NCBI GenBank assembly: GCA_039190005.1
Contig: JBCCYM010000005.1
Span: 1-55,940 of the forward strand
Source: Pseudomonadota bacterium
GTDB lineage: Bacteria > Pseudomonadota > Gammaproteobacteria > UBA12402
Reading direction: 5' to 3'
Length of the DNA: 55,940 nt
Below, piece by piece: positions 49,980 to 55,940 of this stretch. The translations under genes were made by a program, and so were the position numbers. Each line of letters opens with the position of its first letter. Within the stretch, counting starts at the first letter, position 1. The notes beneath the pieces are model-generated. The model had not been told where the DNA came from. It did not search any database and saw only the letters and a program-made list of their open reading frames with translations.

Positions 49980-50345
49980 CTACAATACTTCAGGTGCTAA
50001 AGAAATAATTTTCATGAACTTATCACGCAATTCACGCGTAATTGGACCAAAGACACGTGTACCAATCATTTGTTTTTGATTGTTCAGCAATACCACCGCG
50101 TTGGAATCAAAACGGATTAATGACCCATCTGCGCGGCGAACGCCTTTCTTAGTGCGCACAACCACCGCGAACATCACATCACCTTTTTTCACCCGACCAC
50201 GCGGAATAGCTTCTTTGATACTTACACGAATGACATCACCAATATTAGCGTAACGACGATGTGAGCCACCAAGCACTTTAATGCACTCGACGCGACGAGC
50301 ACCGCTATTATCAGCAACATTTAGTTCAGATTGCATCTGTATCAT
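49980..50345 (-). CDS. rplN: 50S ribosomal protein L14
   Basis: VADNSGA and ISLAPEVL. Confidence 0.99.
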   Translation of the reverse strand: MIQMQSELNVADNSGARRVECIKVLGGSHRRYANIGDVIRVSIKEAIPRGRVKKGDVMFAVVVRTKKGVRRADGSLIRFDSNAVVLLNNQKQMIGTRVFGPITRELRDKFMKIISLAPEVL

Positions 50346-50403
50346 TGTTCAATAACCTTATTTTTATCTTGCTTTTCCAACATCCCAAAAACTAGAGGGC
50401 AAT

Positions 50404-50431
50404 ATAGTAGCATTTTCTCTTAATAAATCAA
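50404..50431 (-). promoter_or_regulatory. Putative spc-operon promoter
   Basis: TTGATT-16 bp-TACTAT with TG extension upstream of rplN. Confidence 0.55.
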
Positions 50432-50448
50432 TATTTTTCTAAATTAAA

Positions 50449-50706
50449 TTAAACGCTACGTGTCATCACCTCAACAAGCTGCCAAGCTTTTGTTTTTGAA
50501 ACAGGTCTAATTTGTTTAATTTTCACCACATCACCGATATTACAATCATTATCCGGCGCGTGCGCGTGTATTTTTGACGATTTTTTTATAAATTTACCAT
50601 AGAGTGGGTGTTGCATGCGTCGTTCAACCAAAACAGTAATGGTATCTTTCATTTTATTACTGAGTACTTTTCCCGACAGTGTCCGCTGTATTTTTTGTTC
50701 TGACAT
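50449..50706 (-). CDS. rpsQ: 30S ribosomal protein S17
   Basis: HPLYGK and RPVSKTK.W. Confidence 0.97.
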   Translation of the reverse strand: MSEQKIQRTLSGKVLSNKMKDTITVLVERRMQHPLYGKFIKKSSKIHAHAPDNDCNIGDVVKIKQIRPVSKTKAWQLVEVMTRSV

Positions 50707-50900
50707 CACTTATTACCTTTACTTTCGTTGATAATGGTTTTCACTTGGGCAATATCACGACGCACTCGTCTCAATAAATGTGGACGCGTTAATTGACCAG
50801 TACCACGCTGTATTCGCAAATTAAACTGTTCGCGCAACAGATTCTGAAGCTCCTGCTGCAAATCAGACTGAGATTTTTTTCTTAAATCATTGACGTTCAT
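50706..50900 (-). CDS. rpmC: 50S ribosomal protein L29
   Basis: EQFNLR and VRRDIA. Confidence 0.97.
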   Translation of the reverse strand: MNVNDLRKKSQSDLQQELQNLLREQFNLRIQRGTGQLTRPHLLRRVRRDIAQVKTIINESKGNK

Positions 50901-51313
50901 TACATTATCGCCCTCTTTACACACATACTTGAGACAGGCAGCTTATTTCTAGCCAAACGCATTGCTTCCTGAGCAACTTCAGCCGGCACACCTTCTATTT
51001 CGAACAACATCCGACCAGGTTGCACTTGTGCTACCCAATATTCAACATTCCCTTTCCCTTTCCCTTGACGCACTTCCAACGGTTTTTTACTAATCGGTTT
51101 ATCGGGAAAAATACGAATCCATATTTTTCCACCACGCTTAATATAACGTGTCATCGCGCGACGAGCCGATTCAATTTGCCGAGATGTAATACGACCGCGT
51201 CCTGTCGCTTTAAGGCCATATTCACCAAAACTGACTTTATTGCCTCGCCCAGCATTACCACGATTACGGCCTTTAAACTGCTTACGAAATTTTGTTCTCT
51301 TTGGTTGTAACAT
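50900..51313 (-). CDS. rplP: 50S ribosomal protein L16
   Basis: [11 protein letters not shown] and RIFPDKP. Confidence 0.99.
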   Translation of the reverse strand: MLQPKRTKFRKQFKGRNRGNAGRGNKVSFGEYGLKATGRGRITSRQIESARRAMTRYIKRGGKIWIRIFPDKPISKKPLEVRQGKGKGNVEYWVAQVQPGRMLFEIEGVPAEVAQEAMRLARNKLPVSSMCVKRAIM

Positions 51314-51316
51314 CGT

Positions 51317-52018
51317 TTAACCCTCTGATAATTGTGCGGTATTACTACGTCTTACTTTTTTAGGCTTAGACGGCGTTTGCTGTTGTTCTTCATCACTTGC
51401 CTCACCCGTGAATACCCATACCTTAATCCCAATAACACCATAGGTCGTATGCGCCTCGACGAGTGCGTAATCAATATTGGCACGAAATGTATGCAAAGGC
51501 ACACGTCCTTCACGCGTCCATTCGCTGCGCGCGATCTCGGCACCATTCAAACGGCCAGCAATGTTAATTTTAACACCTTTCGCGCCTTGTCTCATCGCAT
51601 TTGCCAAAGCGCGTTTCATCGCCCGACGACAAGGCACACGTTTCTCCAACTGTTGTTTAATGCTTTCACCGACCAAATACGCGTTGATATCTGGCTTACG
51701 TACTTCTTTAATATCAATATGAGCCGGCACGCCTGTGAGCTTCGTCACGGCTTGGCGTAAAGACTCAATATCGCGACCACTCTTACCAATAATAATACCT
51801 GGACGAGCGGCATGAATGGTGATTTTGGCGTCGCGAGCAGGGCGATCAATATCAATACGACTGATGCCCGCTGTGGCCAATTTTTTCTTCAGCATACTAC
51901 GTATTAAAATATCACTATGCAGTGTTTCGGCGTAATCACGCCCTTCTTTATACCATTTAGATTGGCAGGTCGCGGTAATACCTAAACGAATACCTACTGG
52001 ATGAACTTTTTGGCCCAT
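51317..52018 (-). CDS. rpsC: 30S ribosomal protein S3
   Basis: [17 protein letters not shown] and GRVPLHT. Confidence 0.99.
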   Translation of the reverse strand: MGQKVHPVGIRLGITATCQSKWYKEGRDYAETLHSDILIRSMLKKKLATAGISRIDIDRPARDAKITIHAARPGIIIGKSGRDIESLRQAVTKLTGVPAHIDIKEVRKPDINAYLVGESIKQQLEKRVPCRRAMKRALANAMRQGAKGVKINIAGRLNGAEIARSEWTREGRVPLHTFRANIDYALVEAHTTYGVIGIKVWVFTGEASDEEQQQTPSKPKKVRRSNTAQLSEG

Positions 52019-52368
52019 TAGTTATTTTCTCCCAAATCACCGGCTACTTTAACCGTTACATGACATGTTCTTTTAAAAATTCTCGACGCGCGCCCTTTGG
52101 CTCTCGCTTTCTGTCGTTTAAATGTCGGTCCTTCATCAACAAAAACAGTGCTTACTTTCAACTCATCAACATCGGCACCATGATTGTGCTCAGCGTTGGC
52201 AATAGCAGACTCTAACACTTTTTTGATCGGTTTCGCCGCTCGTTTTGGACTAAATGCCAAAAAATCCAATGCTGAAAGCACGGATATACCGCGAATTTGA
52301 TCCGCGACTAATCGGGCTTTTTGCGCCGAAAAACGAAGATATTTTGCTTGTGCTTTAACTTCAGCCAT
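52018..52368 (-). CDS. rplV: 50S ribosomal protein L22
   Basis: QKARLVAD and SAIANAEHN. Confidence 0.99.
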   Translation of the reverse strand: MAEVKAQAKYLRFSAQKARLVADQIRGISVLSALDFLAFSPKRAAKPIKKVLESAIANAEHNHGADVDELKVSTVFVDEGPTFKRQKARAKGRASRIFKRTCHVTVKVAGDLGENN

Positions 52369-52652
52369 TATTTTTTACCCTCTTTCGCTTTTTTATCGCC
52401 AGCATGGCCTCTAAATGTGCGCGTTGCCGCGAATTCACCTAATTTATGGCCAACCATATTTTCTGTTATCAATATCGGCATCGCGCTACGACCGTTATGC
52501 ACGGCGATAGTTAAACCTATCATACCCGGCACAACGGTTGAGCGACGCGACCAAGTTTTAATCGGTTTTTTACTTTTAGTCGCCTGTGCCGTTTCAACTT
52601 TGCGCTGTAAGTGCAAATCAACAAAAGGACCTTTTTTCAATGAACGAGACAC
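52368..52652 (-). CDS. rpsS: 30S ribosomal protein S19
   Basis: RSLKKGPF and GHKLGEF. Confidence 0.99.
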   Translation of the reverse strand: MSRSLKKGPFVDLHLQRKVETAQATKSKKPIKTWSRRSTVVPGMIGLTIAVHNGRSAMPILITENMVGHKLGEFAATRTFRGHAGDKKAKEGKK

Positions 52653-52676
52653 TTTATTATCTTCTCCTAATTAAAC

Positions 52677-53510
52677 CTATCTTTTCTTCTTGCGCCGACG
52701 AATAATATCTTTATCAGTACGTTTACTGTGACGAGTACGCTTACCTTTAGACGGCACACCCCAGGGTGAAACCGGATGGCGACCACCAGAGGTACGACCT
52801 TCACCACCACCCATAGGATGATCTACCGGATTCATAGCCACACCACGAACTGTTGGACGAACACCACGCCACCGTTTCGCACCAGCCTTACCAAGTTTAC
52901 GCAAACTGTGTTCTGAGTTACCTACTTCGCCTATCGTCGCGCGACATTTCAACAATACCCGACGCTGCTCACCTGAGCGCAAACGCAAAATAGCATACTC
53001 ACCTTCACGACCTAAAATCTGTATACTGGCGCCAGCACTCCGAGCAAGCTGAGCACCTTTACGTGGCTTCAACTCAACAGCGTGAACACGCGTACCATCC
53101 GGAATGTTTCGCAGGGGCAAACAATTACCCACCGCGATCGCACAATCTTCACCGGCAACGACACGATTACCCGCTTTTAAGCCTTTAGGCGCAATAATAT
53201 AGCGACGTTCACCATCGTTATAACGCAATAAACCAAGATGCGCACTTCGGTTAGGATCATATTCTAAGCGTTCTACAACTGCTGGAATACCATCTTTATC
53301 ATTACGTTTGAAATCGACCAATCGATAATGCCGTTTGTGTCCACCACCAATATGTCTGGTGGTGATACGACCCTGGTTATTACGACCACCGGTTTTTTTA
53401 TTCGGCACCAATAACGGTGCGTAAGGCGCGCCTTTGTGTAAATCAGGATTAACAACCTTAACAACAAAACGGCGACCCGGCGATGTTGGCTTTGTATTAA
53501 CAACTGCCAT
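52677..53510 (-). CDS. rplB: 50S ribosomal protein L2
   Basis: EYDPNRSA and AMNPVDHP. Confidence 0.99.
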   Translation of the reverse strand: MAVVNTKPTSPGRRFVVKVVNPDLHKGAPYAPLLVPNKKTGGRNNQGRITTRHIGGGHKRHYRLVDFKRNDKDGIPAVVERLEYDPNRSAHLGLLRYNDGERRYIIAPKGLKAGNRVVAGEDCAIAVGNCLPLRNIPDGTRVHAVELKPRKGAQLARSAGASIQILGREGEYAILRLRSGEQRRVLLKCRATIGEVGNSEHSLRKLGKAGAKRWRGVRPTVRGVAMNPVDHPMGGGEGRTSGGRHPVSPWGVPSKGKRTRHSKRTDKDIIRRRKKKR

Positions 53511-53518
53511 AATTTCCT

Positions 53519-53821
53519 CTACTTCTTACTCAAATTCATAAAATTAATATCATGCCCTTCCGCCAAAGACACATACGCTTTTTTCTCATGTTTACGTCGA
53601 CCCAATACCTGTTGATGGCGCTTTACTTTCCCTTTGATATTACAAAGGCGCACACGATCAACTTTGACTTTAAAAAGCTTTTCAACGGCTTGTTTGATTT
53701 CAACTTTATTGGCGTCAGGCAACACTTTAAACACAAATTGACGGTATTTTTCAGCAACAAGCGTTGTTTTTTCAGAGTTATGTGGTGTCAACAATACTTT
53801 CATTAAACGTTCTTGACTCAT
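53519..53821 (-). CDS. rplW: 50S ribosomal protein L23
   Basis: SEK, EIKQAVE.LF and KKAYV.L. Confidence 0.98.
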   Translation of the reverse strand: MSQERLMKVLLTPHNSEKTTLVAEKYRQFVFKVLPDANKVEIKQAVEKLFKVKVDRVRLCNIKGKVKRHQQVLGRRKHEKKAYVSLAEGHDINFMNLSKK

Positions 53822-54441
53822 GCCAATCTCTCCTCTAATTTACGTATCGCGCCAACCGTAACCAATATTTTCTGATGAGAAAGCAAGGCAACAGGCGCGA
53901 TGTCTGCCGCACGTAGCACTTGCACATTTGGCAAATTAGCCGCGGCTCGAGATAAATTCTGATAAGCCACATCATCATGATCAAAATTTTCAACCGCGAT
54001 AAGCACATTCTTAGATTCTAACTCACTCAGTCTTGTCGCCAATACTTTGGTTTTCGCTTCTTCAACAGTAAATTCTTCGGCGACAAGCAAACGATCCTGA
54101 CGCGCCAATTCTGATAGCATCACACACATGGCCGCCTTATACATTTTTTTATTCACTTTCTGTTTATAACTACGTGGTTTAGAAGCAAAGGTCACACCAC
54201 CACTGCGCCATATTGGGCTAGTTACTGTTCCGGAACGGGCGTTACCGGTTCCTTTTTGACGCCAGGGCTTGCGGCCACTCGCGGTCACTTCAGCACGCGT
54301 TTTTTGTGTTGCCGTACCCGCGCGTTTTGCTGCTAAACAGGCTGTCACCACTTGATGAACCAGACCTTCATTAAACTCACGCGCAAAAACAGCGTCAGAA
54401 ACATCAATACTTGTATTTTTATCAAATGTATTAAATTGCAT
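53818..54441 (-). CDS. rplD: 50S ribosomal protein L4
   Basis: KPWRQKGTG and KVNKKM. Confidence 0.98.
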   Translation of the reverse strand: MQFNTFDKNTSIDVSDAVFAREFNEGLVHQVVTACLAAKRAGTATQKTRAEVTASGRKPWRQKGTGNARSGTVTSPIWRSGGVTFASKPRSYKQKVNKKMYKAAMCVMLSELARQDRLLVAEEFTVEEAKTKVLATRLSELESKNVLIAVENFDHDDVAYQNLSRAAANLPNVQVLRAADIAPVALLSHQKILVTVGAIRKLEERLA

Positions 54442-54443
54442 GT

Positions 54444-55082
54444 TTAACCTCTTTTCACCGCTGGTTTGACAATGACATTACCACCTTTAGCACCAGGTAC
54501 CGCGCCTTTAACGAGCAATAAATTACGATCACTATCGACACGCACGATTTTCAGATTCTGAATCGTACAACGTTTATTACCATATTGACCCGCCATACGC
54601 TTCCCTTTAAATACGCGACCCGGCGTTTGGTTTTGACCTATCGACCCTGGCGCGCGATGTGATAAAGAATTACCGTGCGACATACGTTGAGAAGAAAAAT
54701 TATGGCGTTTAATCGCGCCTGACCAACCTTTACCTTTACTGGTGCCAGCCACATCAACGTATTGACCATTTTCGAAAATATCGACGTTTATTTCACCACC
54801 AACTTTTAATGCTTCATCAATATCCGTTAATTTAAATTCCCATAAACCACGCCCCGCTTCAACATTTGCCTTCGCATAATGTTTTGCCAAAGGCTTGGTG
54901 ACTCGCGAATGACGACGTTTACCTGTTGTTACTTGAACAGACTGTCCTTTTCCCTCTTCATGATTTTTAATCTGCACAATACGATTTGGCTCAACTGCCA
55001 ATACGGTTACTGGCACTGAAGAACCATCTTCCTCAAAGATTCTCGTCATACCACATTTTCGACCAATTAGTCCCAGACTCAT
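54444..55082 (-). CDS. rplC: 50S ribosomal protein L3
   Basis: [15 protein letters not shown] and VKGAVPG. Confidence 0.98.
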   Translation of the reverse strand: MSLGLIGRKCGMTRIFEEDGSSVPVTVLAVEPNRIVQIKNHEEGKGQSVQVTTGKRRHSRVTKPLAKHYAKANVEAGRGLWEFKLTDIDEALKVGGEINVDIFENGQYVDVAGTSKGKGWSGAIKRHNFSSQRMSHGNSLSHRAPGSIGQNQTPGRVFKGKRMAGQYGNKRCTIQNLKIVRVDSDRNLLLVKGAVPGAKGGNVIVKPAVKRG

Positions 55083-55097
55083 AATACAACCTCTCTA

Positions 55098-55694
55098 TTA
55101 AGCTTGCCCCACACTGATTTCAACATTAACACCAGCAGCCAAATCCAGCTTCATTAGAGCGTCAACTGTTTTATCGGTTGGTTCAACAATATCAACCAAA
55201 CGCTTATGGGTACGAATTTCGTATTGATCACGGGCATCTTTATTCACATGCGGCGAAATTAATATCGTAAAACGTTCTTTCTTGACCGGTAGCGGAATTG
55301 GACCACGCACACGCGCGCCGGTACGTTTTGCTGTTTCCACAATTTCAGCGGTTGAAATATCAATTTGACGATGATCGTAAGCTTTTAGACGAATCCGAAT
55401 ACGTTGACCGGCATTGATAGATTTTGCAACCTTAGCTGCCGGTTTTTTAACCGGTTTTGTCGCTACTTTTGCCTTAGGCGTTTTTTTAGCAACTTTAGGC
55501 GTTGCGCTTGACGCTTTATCACTTTCTTCAGAAGCAGTAGCAGCCTCTTTTTTATCAGCAGCTACTTTTTTAACAACTTTAGCTTTTCTGACTTTCACTT
55601 CAGCTTGCTTTTCTACTGTTTTCGTTTTTTTCGCAACAGTTGTTTCTGAACCGCTTTCAGTCTTTGTCACTTGCTTCGTTTTATCTTCAGCCAT
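55098..55694 (-). CDS. rpsJ: 30S ribosomal protein S10 with a long basic N-terminal extension
   Basis: [16 protein letters not shown] and [13 protein letters not shown] core; GGAG SD before the ATG at 55694. Confidence 0.97.
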   Translation of the reverse strand: MAEDKTKQVTKTESGSETTVAKKTKTVEKQAEVKVRKAKVVKKVAADKKEAATASEESDKASSATPKVAKKTPKAKVATKPVKKPAAKVAKSINAGQRIRIRLKAYDHRQIDISTAEIVETAKRTGARVRGPIPLPVKKERFTILISPHVNKDARDQYEIRTHKRLVDIVEPTDKTVDALMKLDLAAGVNVEISVGQA

Positions 55695-55738
55695 TATTTT
55701 TCTCCGATACTATAACAGGTTTAACACCCTAAGCTGAC

Positions 55739-55940
55739 CTATTTAATAATTTTCGAGACGACCCCGGCACCTACCGTACGTCCACCTTCACGAATCGCAA
55801 AACGCAACCCTTCTTCCATCGCGATCGGTGATATCAATTCACCTTCGATCTTGATGTTATCACCCGGCATCACCATCTCAACACCTTCCGGTAAACTCAC
55901 CGCACCAGTCACATCCGTGGTACGGAAGTAAAACTGCGGA
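55739..55940 (-). CDS. tuf: Elongation factor Tu, 3' end (truncated by the window edge)
   Basis: [12 protein letters not shown]...MVMPGD...[13 protein letters not shown]. Confidence 0.98.
   Translation of the reverse strand, partial: PQFYFRTTDVTGAVSLPEGVEMVMPGDNIKIEGELISPIAMEEGLRFAIREGGRTVGAGVVSKIIK

Noticed and set aside
42879-55737. Plus-strand ORFs antisense to the ribosomal protein genes, and similar shadow ORFs in ileS, ligA and trp
   Set aside because: Shadow frames of conserved genes with no recognisable motifs or translation signals.

Overview
AT-rich bacterial chromosome segment that looks gammaproteobacterial (secY-rpmJ-rpsM order without adk/map/infA; ribF-ileS-lspA-fkpB). A Legionellales/Coxiellales-like host is plausible, but this is inference only. 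Left to right: uvrC/TatD/fkpB/lspA/ileS; an accessory islet (DUF378, secreted CX5R phosphatase, secreted GH85 endoglycosidase, orphan HTH antitoxin); ribF; a lipoprotein Skp-like gene; eukaryote-type pyrE-pyrF; decayed toxin-antitoxin genes; msrB-msrA; ligA; transporters; a complete trpEGDCFBA + DAHP synthase operon; a Pol-beta-type nucleotidyltransferase; anmK, hemL, AsmA, comF, bioC; a GT28/hydrolase pair; a small accessory islet; the alpha/spc/S10 ribosomal cluster; and the 3' end of tuf. Three signals stand out. (1) An intergenic system of REP-like palindromes: about 25 copies of a 19-bp unit (CCCTGAGCYTGTCGAAGGG) at 8 loci show stem covariation, nest inside themselves, sit in both arms of a second repeat family, and form larger composite elements, with no mobilising enzyme in the window. 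(2) A Chlamydiae-like trp operon whose eight proteins (~2,490 aa) contain no tryptophan, preceded by a 32-bp palindrome with tandem TrpR geometry and no attenuator. (3) Ribosomal protein S10 with a ~93-aa Lys/Ala-rich N-terminal extension. No rRNA, tRNA, CRISPR array or transposase was recognised. All family assignments come from motif recognition and recall, not database searches.
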